Shown here: positions 1 to 12,960 of the stretch, piece by piece
How the letters are laid out: each line of letters opens with the position of its first letter
How positions within the stretch are numbered: the first letter of the stretch is position 1
Assembly: GCA_949358305.1 (NCBI GenBank)
Contig: OX442314.1
Span: 5,828,001 to 5,892,000 of the forward strand
Length of the DNA stretch: 64,000 nucleotides
Direction of reading: 5' to 3'
Source of the DNA: Strigamia acuminata
Lineage: Eukaryota
The notes under the pieces: model-generated
The model's database searches: none
What the model was told of the DNA's origin: nothing
What the model saw: only the letters and a program-made list of their open reading frames with translations
Position numbers and translations under genes: made by a program

Positions 1-227
1 CCTTCTGGAACCATTAGATGTAATGTATGGATGGGCGAATGAAGCAACACTCCGAATATTTAAAGTAACAAAACAAACAATTTACTGTGTACGAATACGG
101 TAAATCATGTTTATGCTGACCTTGATTTTACCAAATAGATTGTACGAAGAAATACAAAGCGCAATCCATGTGAAGAAAACAAAACTGCTTATTTCAAGTG
201 TGTGTAATTGGCTAATTGTATTTACGT

Positions 228-1978
228 TGTGATGATTACAAATCCGTATTTATCAATGTTCACAATAGATGGCGCTGTTTACCAAACGCGCGTAATTCAA
301 ACTCGATAAAACTAAAAAGTGTGATAAATAATTATTTAGACACGGTGAATAAAATATAACTATTTTATTTGATATAAACTAAGTATTATTTACTTGACAA
401 AGTTGATTCTATCGAATCAATATCCACATTACTTACCTGTCGAAGGGGGCCAATTGGACCCTTCCCACCCCCAACTGGGCCCATCTGGACGTAGTCATAT
501 ATTAGGTCCGGACTAGTGACCCACGAATCCGCCGATTCGTACGCTGATTGGCTGTCGCCAATCTAGTAGTTCTACAGAACTATATAAGCATCAGTTTCTC
601 ACCCACTCACCCCCCTGGCTTGATAACTGAACTTGTATATTGTCTGTAGTTGAATTGTTATCGTTTGATTTCATTATTCTCTATCGACACATCAGGCCAC
701 CTCAGTTCTCCACAATTAGTATTCATTACTATTTTGTTATTACTGTTGTAGGGCATTTTCGGGAAGACCAACCCGGTAATAGACATGCGCTCGCATGAAA
801 TGGTCCCGTAACGTTAGCCAGCTGTTCTACGGGACAGTAGGATTTCGTACGGTGGCTTAATATAACGGCCATACACAGTAAGGCCTTGCTAGATGAAAGT
901 AGGTCCCTCAGCTAACTGGCCTCAGTCCGCTGCAGGATGGTTGTTGTAAACAGCCCACGCAGGTTCCCGTCTTTCTACGATTGGTCCTTCCGCTCGTTAA
1001 AAGTCGGTAAAGGCCTAATGCACAGGTAACACGCCGGGTTGGTAGCCCGTGAGTAATATCTTCAAGATGTTGCGAGAAACAACTACCTGGATAATGGTAA
1101 TCCAACGGCAGTGGCCAAGTAATATTTTACCCGGTGCTCGATCAATGGATCCCGTCATCGTAAGGCATGCTGGCGGATGGAGGAGTCAAATCCTCCCGCG
1201 ATGGTTCTCTCGACCGTCGTGACGGTCCCCGCCCCATCGTACCCTCCGGGTTAGTAACCCGTGAACGATATATAAAATATATCGTGTTAAACAAATTACT
1301 CGGGCATTGGTAATCCTGTATTGGCAATATCTTTTAAACCCGGTAAGTCCATAGAAATGTTTACCTGGTGGTTGGTACCACCGATAGCGAATTAAAGAGT
1401 ACAATTAAATACTCCGCGCCTGATCACGAGATCTTGTCGTCGTAAGGCATGCTGGCGGATGGAGTCTCAACAACTCCCGCGACGTTCTCTCAATTGTCGT
1501 GACGGTCCCCGCCCAATTAATATTTATATAACAATTCATTTGTTATATTCCATTAATCACTTTACATTTATTCATTTGGAATATGGAATATTCTGCCGAA
1601 TATTCCTATTTGTGCGAAGGACTCTTTGCATCATTAGATACTCGAGCTGCGGACCAAATACGTCTCCGTAGCGTTATTTGTGACGATGCCGCAAGTCAGC
1701 CGTATCCCTTTGGCTTCGCCCGGATCCTCAACCAGTTGATGCCGCCCGTTTACACGCGTCAAGAACCCAATTATGTTATCGTTAATATTTAGTAATAAAT
1801 ATGTTATGTCACACTAATACTGTAAGTTATTTCTACTCAGTCATTGATTCATATTTTACACAGACTTCCGTAAGCTTATCTCGGTTAGGTTGTTGCTACT
1901 CCTAGCAACGTCTTGTTTAAACCGATTATTTATCTATCTTAAATGGCTATTAAATCAGCCAAAAGTAGAATCGTCACA
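228..1978 (+). mobile_element. Solo LTR (1751 bp) of a long-LTR Gypsy family, inserted in the Gypsy-A 5' LTR
   Basis: Ends TGTGATGATT...AATCGTCACA; 4-bp TSD ACGT (224-227, 1979-1982). Removing it restores the 3' LTR sequence. TATA-like CTATATAAG ~580, AATAAA ~1794, no long ORF. Size, TSD length and the CAATAGATGGCGC motif resemble the Gypsy-C LTR. Confidence 0.85.
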
Positions 1979-2159
1979 ACGTCATACGAACGTATGACGT
2001 ATCCCGACATATATAAATTGTACTTGTACTTATAATAAATCACTTGTTAGTTAGACTTCACACTGACCTGTCATTCATTCGTTATTCCTGATAACACATG
2101 GTGGCAGCGGTTAAACCAACTTAAAATTAAACTCAAATCATTCGTGAAATTTCGCTACG

Positions 2160-3888
2160 ATGACGACCACTCCGTTTCCCGAACAATTCGACTTTTCAAC
2201 TCCATCCGACTGGCCCGAATGGAAAACGAGATTCGTACGATTTTTGAACTTTTCTGGACTCCGCGAGAAAACAGACGAAGACAAGATCGACGGTTTGTTA
2301 TACAGCATGGGCAGGAAGGCGGAACACGTTTTAAAAAAAGCGAATCTGACTCCGAAACAATTAAAAAAGTTCGATTCCGTCATCGCAGCTTTCGATAAAT
2401 TATTCGTCGCAAAGAAAAACCTGATCTTCGAACGAGCGCGTTTCAATCAACGAATCCAACATGAAGACGAATCGGTGGACGATTTTATCACCGCGTTATA
2501 CGAATTGGCCGACAATTGCGAATTGGACAAGTTGACCAGCGATAATCTCCGCGAAACATTGATCTGCGATCGGATCGTCGTGGGTTTGCGAAATCGTCAA
2601 TTATGCGAAAAATTACAGTTGGCGGACGATCTAACGTTAAAAAAAGCTATCGATACGGTTCGAATGAACGAACAAGTTCGACGACAACAAGTAGAATTAC
2701 GACCAACGCTCGACATTAAAACAGAAGTAGGACGCGTTCGGACTGACCAACCGGAAAGGAAATACCGAGGAAAATCAGCGCGAATGACTCCGAAAACAAA
2801 AGATAACGACGGACCTTGCGGAAACTGTGGATACGACGTACATTTTTCATCCACATGCCCCGCCGCCTTATCAAAATGCGCAAATTGCAAGAAAACCGGA
2901 CATTATACACGTGTGTGTCGATCGGTCAAATCGGCAAAAATCGAGATCGTACACGCAGATGACGATGAGCAGTCCGAATATCACTTTTTGGGACACGTTG
3001 TGACCGAAGCTCCGGTACAAAAAACAACACGATGGAGCATTTCGGCCGAAATACGGAACGTGCGGCTATCATTCCGGGCCGACACTGGAGCAGACGTCAC
3101 TTGCATTTCGCTCGAAACATTTAACAATTATTTTTCAGAAATTAGATTACGGAAGCCCGAGAGACGATTAAAAGGCGCAAATCAAAACGCTTTGGAGACC
3201 ATGGGAAGTTTTTGGGATGAGATTTCGTATCGCGGAAAGAAAAAACTTACGGAGATATTCGTGGTCAAAGATCTCGGTCGTTCATTGCTGGACGGCGACA
3301 CATGTGAAGATTTGGGGATCGTGAAACGCGTGCGGAGTATAAAAACGACGGAAACGACTCACACTTCGGTACGACCAGAAATCGAGTATCCAGAGCTTTT
3401 TCAAGGTCTTGGGTGCGTTAAAATCCCATACAAAATACGATTACGAGATGGAGCGATTCCGCATGCTCTAACCACACCGCGCCGGGCCCCGATTCCGAAA
3501 CTAAACGAGATCAAGAAAAGTTTAGACAAAATGTTGCTTTTGGGCGTTATCGTGCCGGTGGACGAGCCAACCGACTGGTGTTCCGGTCTCGTCACAGTTC
3601 CGAAACCCGACGGATCCATCCGAATGTGCGTTGACTACGTTCCACTCAACGTTTACATCAAACGAGAAATTTTTCCGATGCCAAACACGGAAAATCTATT
3701 TGGACGCCTCGGGAAAGCGAAGTATTTTTCGAAATTGGACGCTAACCACGGATTTTGGCAATGCGAATTGGACGAAGAATCGCAACTCCTCACCACATTC
3801 ATCACACCATTCGGACGTTTTAAATTCACTCGTTTACCATTCGGCATCGTTGCGGCTCCGGAGGTATTTCAGAAACGGATGACGGAAA
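2160..3888 (+). CDS. gag-pol: Gypsy-A gag-PR-RT(N) polyprotein, cut by Copia-1
   Basis: Two Zn knuckles (CGNCGYDVHFSSTC, CANCKKTGHYTRVC), protease ADTGAD, RT motifs RMCVDY / KLDANHGFWQ / RLPFGI. Frame resumes after the TSD at 10717 (MTEILEGLIGVQCNVDDIL). Confidence 0.92.
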
Positions 3889-4565
3889 TGTAGCAGAGGA
3901 GTGCGCTCACAGTATGAAATACTGTGTGTGGAAGCGAGTTTAAATGCCGAAACACGGCTAATATGAGCGCAATGACGTGCGCGCACCTCCAGCGCTTGAA
4001 AATGGTGGAAAATAAAGTCACTGCACTCTAAAGTGCTCATATATAGCAAACACAATGTAAAATAAACTAAATGTTTAATAAAAACAAAAATGCTTACATA
4101 ATTTGGTCCATTTAGATGGAGAAAATACATGAGTGCTTGCTGGCATGCAAGCGGCCATTGTGATTGTGAAAAACATACATGCACACCATCTGGTGTTGAT
4201 AATAAGTAAACTAATACTAACATGATGCAGGCAGCATTATGCCCAATGTTAAATAATGAAATAAATCCTAATAAATACACTAGGCTGCATAATGCAGTAA
4301 TACATTAAGAAATGCGCAAAACAAGTACGGAGGACTGTTTGGCATCGATAAACAACAATTTCCCCCTTCGATGGCAAATAGCCGCAAAAATAAAGAATAA
4401 GTTAAGGGAAAAACTTTAAATGTAACTTTACATAGAATAATAATAATGGAAATAATAATTCGGAACATCGAGCCGGGTACTGTTATATGAATCACTACGG
4501 AAGCCCGAAAATTCCCACTGGAACTCGATGATCCTCAAAATTCGGGTAAAACTAAATTAAGAATG

Positions 4566-7500
4566 TCACGATAGGTTGAAATTGAAAATCCGGGAAATCA
4601 GGAGACGCAGTTGAGATGAGCCCAACCATTTGGTAAAAATGTCTGCCACGTTCATTGATCCGGGGACCTTGCGCAATTGGAATGCACCTGCTGTGTACCA
4701 TTCCCGAATCCAATGAAATTTCACTCGGATATGTTTCGTTTTACTGTTCTCCACGTCATTTGATGTGAATTGGATGGAAGAAAGCGCATCGGAGAACACT
4801 AAAGGTGGTGAAGATCTATTCAGCATTGGTACGGAACTGTAGACGTAATCGAGCCAATACAGCTCACGGACGCACTCAACGAGGGCGACAAACTCCGCCT
4901 CCATCGTTGAGCACGCCACGCTGGTTTGTTTACGACAACTCCATCCGATGGGGACGTTTCCAATATAGGCTATATACCCACCGAAACTCAAAGAAGTGCT
5001 GACTTCGGTGGCCCAGGACGCGTCAGTATATCCCCATAGTTGTCCATTGGAACAATTTGACAGTTCAATTGCGTAATCCAAAGTATTGCCTACGTAGCGC
5101 ACAACCTGCATGAGTGCCTTGATGTGCGTGTGGTTATAGCAATTGTTAAACTGTGACAACATTATCACTGAGAATAATATATCAGGTCGTGTCCTCGATG
5201 CGAGGAAGAGAAGAGAGCCAATTAACGAACGATAAGGAAATTCTGGCAAGTCCTCTTTCGACCCTTTGACGAGCGTCGTTCCTGGTGTTACTGGGACCTT
5301 GATGAGTTTATCGGCGATAATTTCAAATTTCTTGAGAATCTTCTGTATGTATGCACGTTGGATGATGAAGATTCCTTTGGGAGTACGGATGAACTCTACA
5401 CCTAAGAGTTTCGTAATTGGTCCTAAATTCACGACATCGAATTTGGTGCTGATAAGAGCAATTAATTGCGTCAGGATGCCATCCGTCGCGTGAAATAGTA
5501 CTATATCATCGACGTATATTAGCATCACGGCGGAAGTTCCGTATATGTACACACAGTTGCATCCTGGTAATCTGCGAAATCCCAAATCGCGCAATGTTTG
5601 ATCCAGTTTTTCAAACCATTGGCGCCCGGACTGGTGGAGTCCATAGAGCGACTTTATCAGGAGCCATACATGATTTGGGTTCGAACATGTCGCACCAGCT
5701 GGAATGCGCATATACACCTTATGCGCAAGATCACCGTATAGGTATGCGCACTTCACATCTAAATGCGCGTCCTTCCACCCTTTGAGGACTACTAATAGGC
5801 AGAAAAATAGGCGTATGAGAACAAAGTTGACAACAGGGCTAAAGACTTCATCGTAGTCTACACCTAAAGTTTGGCGAAAGCCCTGTGCCACTAATCTGGC
5901 GCGATATCTGGCTGGTTTGCCTAGAGCATCTTCCTTCAGTTTGAAGAGCCACTTGCACCCTAATATGGTTGTATTTTCCGGTTTTGGGACCTCTTCATAA
6001 ACGCCTCTTTTTGCAAAAGTGTCTAACTCTTCATTAATGGCTTCCTGCCATTTGGTCGAATCCGGAAATCTTACAGCCTCTGCGTAACTAGTGGGATCAC
6101 GACGACAAAGGTGCACTCTGGGAAGTGGTTGTGGAAGATCCTCCAATTCATATTCCATATTGCCAAAATAAAACAGTTCAGAATCATAAGGAATATTGTT
6201 CATGTGACAGAATTCCTCAACTTCACCTCTGGAACGTAATCGGAGTCCCGCTTCTGGGAAATAATAAACATCTGTTTTTAATTTGCCAGGTTCCTGCACT
6301 TTGCGCAAATGTTCCTCTCTTTTCCAGTGTCTACACACTGAATCGCCTCCGACGTAACGCCATTTATAAGCAGTTGCAGCTCCAGTTGGAGGTGGGCCAT
6401 CCTGTGCTGCTGGATGTGCTTGAGGTGCATTCCCTCGAGAGCCTCGACGAGCATTCACGAAACGTGGTGGTGAACCCGGTGGTGTTCCTGGCGGTGTGTG
6501 AGTTGGTGTATTACCTGGTGTGATAAGTGGGCTTGGTGCTCGAGATATCACTGGAGAAATTATTGGAGATAGGACAGGTGTTGGAATCCTAATTGGAGAC
6601 CCTGGTGGTGTCCGGGCTTGAGCGCCTGGCGGAGCTGAATCGTCAGTCATAGTCTGTATCGCATTCATCTTCCGAATCCGGAAATTTGGGCCAATTGGTA
6701 TATTCCAACTCGTCGTCAAATCTCACTTGCGGTTGTGAAATGCGCAATGGTTCATAAATTTGCGACGCTTGATGCGTTTGGTCCAAATCTGGTCCTGTCC
6801 ACGGTTCCTGTGGACCTCGATAGTGATTTGAGCGTTTATAGGACTGCCGTTCATCTATTTTGACGTGGATGGACTCGATAACCTTGTTATCTGTTGGATT
6901 CCAGACGCGATAACCTCGCGTTGTCGTGGCGTAGCCGACTAAATAGCCCTCCCAAGCTCGTGGATCCAATTTGTCCCTGCCGGGCGCTGTATGATGAACC
7001 CAGCACTTGGAGCCTAACTTGCGCAGGTGTCTGAGCGAAAGGGCACGTCGTCGCCACAGGATATAGGGCACCTCATTTTTGAGACGAGAATGAGGACACC
7101 GGTTCTTTATATAGGAGAAAGTCACTGCGAATTCTGCCCAAAGTTCATTAGGTAATCCGGTTTCATCTAGTATGGCACGCGTGTAATCCGCCATGGTGCG
7201 GTTTATTCTTTCCGCTGTGCCATTCATAGCGGGACTATGTGGATTGGTCCTTTGGGCCTGAATTCCGGTCTCTTTTAAATAGCGGTCAAATTCGTTTGAT
7301 AAGAATTCCCCTCCTCGGTCTGTTCGGATGGCCTTGACTCGTTTGCCCGTCACTCGTTCAATTCGTGTGACATAGTCCTTAAAGAGTCCAAACACTTGGG
7401 ATTTTTGGGCCATCGGAAATATCCAGGCATAGCGCGTGGCGTCATCGATAATCGTTAACACATAACGCGCGCCTCCGTAGGAAGTCGTTCTTGAAGCTCC

Positions 7501-9391
7501 CCACACGTCCATGTGTAGGAGATCTAAAGCCTTTGTAGAAATAGGATGTTCATCAGGTTTATGAGAAATGCGCGTTGATTTCGCAATTCGACAATGATTA
7601 CACGAAAGTTCCTTGTTCACTTCTGCCGGTGTCACTCCATAAACTTGGTTATTTCCGGCCAAAAGCTTCATTGCATTGGTATGAAGGTGACCCAATCTGC
7701 TGTGCCATATCCCTGTCGCATCCTTTTTAACCGATGGTGCTGCAACCTTCTTTGCGTTGGTTGGCTTTGAATTCGGTTTTGAATTTGAATTCGGTTGGGA
7801 GATCGGTGGGTTTGCCTTTAATGTCTTGGCAAAGGATGGGACTTGAGGTAACGGATTGGTGGGAGTAGGTACAGGAAGTGTCTTGGACTGGGTTACTTTG
7901 ATTGGTGCAGGCGGAGGAATTTCATTTGGCAAAGGAGGGAATTCGAGCCGAAAGTTCAGGATTTTTCGACTTTTTCTTTGCTCTTGGATACTGGATGAAA
8001 TCCTCTTCTGTCGTGACTAATGTTCGGGTCGGAGCGATTGACTGCGCAATAGGTACATCCACTGTTGACATCAGTGTTGAAGGTGGGCACAAGCCGTCGA
8101 CATAGTAAAGGCCGCCCTTTTCTTTGGCCCGAAGCATTGGATGCTTAATGTCGGATTTGTAGACATAAACGTCTCCATTCCAAATATGGATGTGATGTTT
8201 AGTTTTATCCATTTTTGACACTGAAATCAAATTCGCCTCAAATTTTGGCGCATACAACACATCTTGGAGATTTACGACACATTCTACGTTGTTAATCATG
8301 GAGATAATCTGGACTTTGCCCTTTCCTAGAACTTCGGAATGTCCTTGACCCAGCGCAATATTAAAAGGCACAACTTTAACAAAGTCCTGAAACCAAGCCT
8401 GGACGTGGCACACATGATCCGTTGCCCCACAATCCACTATCCATTCATGTGATTGCATGAAGTGAATTGTGGGCATTGGTTGAGGCGCACTGGCGAAAAA
8501 GTTCGTTTCCCGTCTTGCGCTGGAATTCCCCCTTGGCCTCGAATCATCACGGTTTGAGTTCTTATTGCGTTTGCGGCTAGAACTTCTTGGCTTCCTTTGA
8601 AGTGAAGCTGTCGGTTGATTTTTGTCATCTCGGCGCGATGGCAAAGGACATTTATTTGCGTAATGACCAAATTCCTGACAATTAAAACACTGCACCGAAG
8701 ATAACGGTCGAGAGGGACGAGAACGATTTCTCCCACGTTGCTGTTTTTCACCAGCATAGGCACGTGGAGATTTAGAATTGTCTATGTCGCGCGAATTCAT
8801 AGCTTTGAGTCGCATATGTTCCGCGAGCAATTGTTCAGACACTTTCTTTGGTGTAAATTCTCCTTTGGGCAAGTGATATGTCGTGAATGAAATTTGTGAA
8901 TATTCACGAGGTAATAAGTCCAAGTATTGGTAAGCGTGGTGATCAGACGAAGTTATCTCTCCGATATCCTTCATTTGGCGGACATGATAGTCAACGCGTC
9001 CTAAGAAGTCGGCCATATCTTCGCCCTGCTCCAGGCGCAAATTCAAAAATTCGCGGCGCATGGCTGCCTGTCGCGCACGAGATGATGGCGCATAAATGTT
9101 GGCTAAAATGTCCCATGCTTCCTTCGGGGTTTTACAATCATCTAGCGCAGACTTCTTCGCCTCGCTTACAGAACAGTATATTAAGCCTAATGCCTTGGCT
9201 TTACGACGCTTGTACTTCTTTTTCTCTTTGTCCCCAGCTGTTTTAAGGAAATCTTCCTCCTCTTCTTCCGTTACGTGTTCCCACAATTCCTCGCTTCGGA
9301 GTACCATGCGCATTGAGCGCTGCCAAAGTTCGTAGTTTCCTACGCTAAGGATGGGAAGACGTCCTGGATTTCCGTCTGCGGACTTTGACAT
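4566..9391 (-). pseudogene. gag-pol: Copia-1 polyprotein in three frames (gag-PR 7922-9391; IN 6643-7932; Pro-rich linker-MBD-RT-RH 4566-~6650)
   Basis: CFNCQEFGHYANKC, WIVDCGATDH, WHSRLGH, MDVWG, RTDRGGEF, YRARLVAQG, YVDD, YTDAS. Two frameshifts near 7935 and 6645. Confidence 0.9.
6165..6330 (-). other. Methyl-CpG-binding domain (MBD) in Copia-1
   Basis: WKREEHLRKVQEPGKLKTDVYYFPEAGLRLRSRGEVEEFC...LFYF matches the MBD pattern W-x-R...R...DVY...RS...E...FDF of MeCP2/MBD2. Confidence 0.8.
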
Positions 9392-10716
9392 GACGTGGAG
9401 TTACGAAACAATCCGTAGCAAAACACACTGGATGGAGAATGGTACAATTGGAGCACTTGACGGTCTCGGTGCACAATATCGCGTAGCACTACACAAATAC
9501 GGCGCACTAATCGGAGCACTGTCAAAGCGGATATCAATCGAATTGGGCGACCACTTCTGAAGTGGCCAAATAACCCTAGCCAGCCAACACACAGGGGTCC
9601 GTTCGCCTGCCTGGAGGCGCGGGAGTACCTGTTGGCCACGGTAAGCACTGGCTAGGAATGAGTTAATGCGGTAGTTCCGACTGGAACAGAAGAGCAAAAA
9701 CTATTCTAAAGGACCCACAAAAACTTAATACGACCTTAAATACTAACAAGCTAATTACGACAACTGAAAAGCAAGTATTAATTAGTGTGATGAGACGTTG
9801 CGCCAATATTCGAGAATCGAAAATGGCGTTGTTGCGCATTTAAAATGCGAAAATCCTGGAAAATCGTCGTAACAACGACCGTACACTGTGTACGAGGTCG
9901 GGATATCCAATTCGTCGTTCACGCTGTGTAAAGCGGGTTTCCAACGTCGAATCTCGTTGGAAAACGGCGAAAATCTGAAAATAAATTGAAATTCGTCTCG
10001 AAAATTGCGAAACCCGCAGAAATTCGGACGAAATTAAATGAAAAATTGTAGAGCTGGTCGGGCAGACTACGTGAGAACGTCGGCGTGTCGTCTCGAACGT
10101 TCTAGAGACGAAAATCGTCGCGGAAATCGGCGCAATCTGCAAATAGAAAATTTATCGCAAATTCGCGAATTTCGCGAAAATGGCGATAAAAATTAGCGGT
10201 TTCGGCGTGCTGCAAGGATAGCAACCACCCTCTGCTACCACTTGTAGCAGAGGAGTGCGCTCACAGTATGAAATACTGTGTGTGGAAGCGAGTTTAAATG
10301 CCGAAACACGGCTAATATGAGCGCAATGACGTGCGCGCACCTCCAGCGCTTGAAAATGGTGGAAAATAAAGTCACTGCACTCTAAAGTGCTCATATATAG
10401 CAAACACAATGTAAAATAAACTAAATGTTTAATAAAAACGAAAATGCTTACATAATTTGGTCCATTTAGATGGAGAAAATACATGAGTGCTTGCTGGCAT
10501 GCAAGCGGCCATTGTGATTGTGAAAAACATACATGCACACCATCTGGTGTTGATAATAAGTAAACTAATACTAACATGATGCAGGCAGCATTATGCCCAA
10601 TGTTAAATAATGAAATAAATCCTAATAAATACACTAGGCTGCATAATGCAGTAATACATTAAGAAATGCGCAAAACAAGTACGGAGGACTGTTTGGCATC
10701 GATAAACAACAGGAAA

Positions 10717-12960
10717 TTCTAGAAGGATTAATCGGCGTCCAGTGTAACGTTGACGATATTTTGGTTTACGGAGACACGATCGAGGAGCACGACGAACGAT
10801 TACGGGCCGTTTTGAAACGTTTATTTGAAAAAAACGTGACGATGAACAAAGAGAAGTGCGTTTTCGGTGTGACAAGCATCAAGTTTTTGGGCCATATTAT
10901 CGATTCGGAAGGGGTACACATCGACGACGATCGAATTGAGGCGATAGCTAAAATGCCTGCGCCACAAAACAAATCGGAACTTCGTAGTTTTCTCGGTACA
11001 ATCAATTACTTAGGGCGTTTTATTCCACACCTAGCTACGTTAGCACACCCACTAAACGATTTACTACGAGAGAAAAACGAATATTTGTGGAGCCCGATAC
11101 AAAACGAAGCGTTCGAAAAACTGAAACTCGCATTATCAGCAAAACCCGTCCTCGCTTGGTTCGACCCGAAACGAGAAACTGTAATCTCCTCCGACGCATA
11201 AAGTTACGGGGTTGGAGCCGTGTTAAAACAAAAACAAGATAGCGGCGAGTTTCGGCCTATTGCATACGCAGCGAAGACATTCACATCGGCTCAAACTAAC
11301 TGGGCACAGATCGATAAAGAGGGATACGCACTTACCTGGGCATGCGACCGTTTTCAAGATTTTATTACAGGCATCCCGATCCGATTAGAAACCGATCACA
11401 AGCCGCTGGTTCCGATCTTCATGACCAAACCACTCGACGAATTAACCCCGAAACTCCAGAGAATGCGGTTACGACTCCAGCGTCACGCCTATACAGTGGT
11501 TCACATCGCGGGAAAAGATTTGGGACTCGCCGACGCTCTCTCTCGCCGACCAATCGAAAGAACGGAGGGCGATTACGATCTAGACCAAGAAATAGTCGCG
11601 TACGTACATTTGGTGACCAGATCACTTCCAGCCACGGACGAACGTCTACAACAAATCACGAAAACACAGCAAGAAGACGAAATTTGCAGACATCTCATCA
11701 GATTTTCACAACATTATTGGCCGCCGAAAAACGAAGTTCCCGCACTCGTTAAAGACTATTGGCAACATCGAACGGATCTCACTGTTGATGACGGAATTTT
11801 GCTCAAAGCGTCTCGTATCGTGATTCCGGCGGCTCTCCAGAAGGAAATGTTAGCAAAAATTCACGGCGCCCATCTTGGAATAACTAAATGCAGAGCCTTG
11901 GCAAAACAATCGGTTTGGTGGCCAGGTTTGTCGACGCAGCTCGAAGAATTGATTAAAACCTGTCCCGAATGCATCAAGGAGACGAATAATCGACACGAGC
12001 CGTTGATGCCATCCGAATTTCCAAAGCGACCATGGCAAAAGATTGCGATGGATTTATTTAAACTGGAGAACAAATGGTATCTCCTCGTTACCGATTACTT
12101 CTCACGATTTCCATTTATTTTTCCGATGACAAGCCTTCACGAGAAAACGACAATAACGCATTTAAAATCTTTATTTTCGGAACAAGGATCGCCCGAAGTC
12201 GTCTACAGCGACAACGGAACACATTTTGGACCATTATTGAATTCGGAATTTCGGACGTTCGCCAAAGAATGGCAGTTTACTCACGTCACGAGTAGCCCCG
12301 GATTTCCTCAAAGTAACGGATTCGTCGAAGCAGCGGTGAAAATCATAAAACGAAGCTTGAAAAAAGCGGATGACGGCTATCGCGCACTGCAGCTTTACCG
12401 CGCAACTCCTCTTGCAAACGGATTTTCACCAGCCGAACTGCTGAACGGAAGAGCTATTCGAAAATTTGTCAGTCCCTATCATCAGCTCGAAATTAAATCC
12501 GAAAACACCGAACGAATCAACGTTAAGCCAGAAGGAAGAAAACAGACGGAAAACACAGAAAACGAATTACGACAGACACCACGGCGTACGAGAACTACAT
12601 CCACTAAAAATCAGCGAAACTGTTTGGATCACCGATCTACGACGCGAAGGACGTATAAAACAACTCGATACATCACCCCGATCATACATCGTCGAAACCG
12701 ATAAGAGAACGATCCGACGGAACCGATTTCACTTGATACCACTTCCCGACATTGCTCCAGCAGCCGAAGACGAAGAGGTAATCTCGGGAGAAAACGAGGA
12801 TCAGACGGAGGAAGAGGAGGAAGAAGAAGAAGAATTGATCAACACAGATCACCCGGTAAATCCAGACGAAAGAGTTATTCGCCCCAACGCTCCCACAGGA
12901 TCTCCATATTTTACCAGATCCGGCAGAGAAGTTAAAAGACCGACTCGTACGAATTTGTGA
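10717..12960 (+). pseudogene. pol: Gypsy-A pol C-terminal part (RT-RNaseH-integrase), degenerate
   Basis: RSFLG, ETDHKPL, HGAHLG..C..C, SDNG, PQSNG..E, SPRSY, RRNR. In-frame TAA at 11199-11201 (SDA*SYG) and a frameshift near 12465. Confidence 0.9.

Larger units (their letters stand above)
3889..10711 (-). mobile_element. Copia-1: Ty1/Copia LTR retrotransposon with MBD domain
   Basis: 469-bp LTRs 3889-4357 and 10243-10711 (one difference seen). TSD GGAAA (3884-3888, 10712-10716). PBS TGGTAGCAGAGG (tRNA-iMet) 10229-10240 on - strand. PPT AAGGGGGAAAT next to 4357. Order gag-PR-IN-RT-RH. Confidence 0.96.

Noticed and set aside
1241..1295. Twister ribozyme on the minus strand of the solo LTR
   Set aside because: Only superficial similarity; the GC pseudoknot and L4 AAG are missing.
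12466..12960. Chromodomain at the Gypsy integrase C-termini
   Set aside because: Tails are acidic or Pro-rich and end in the usual basic RxxR..P motif; no chromodomain residues seen.
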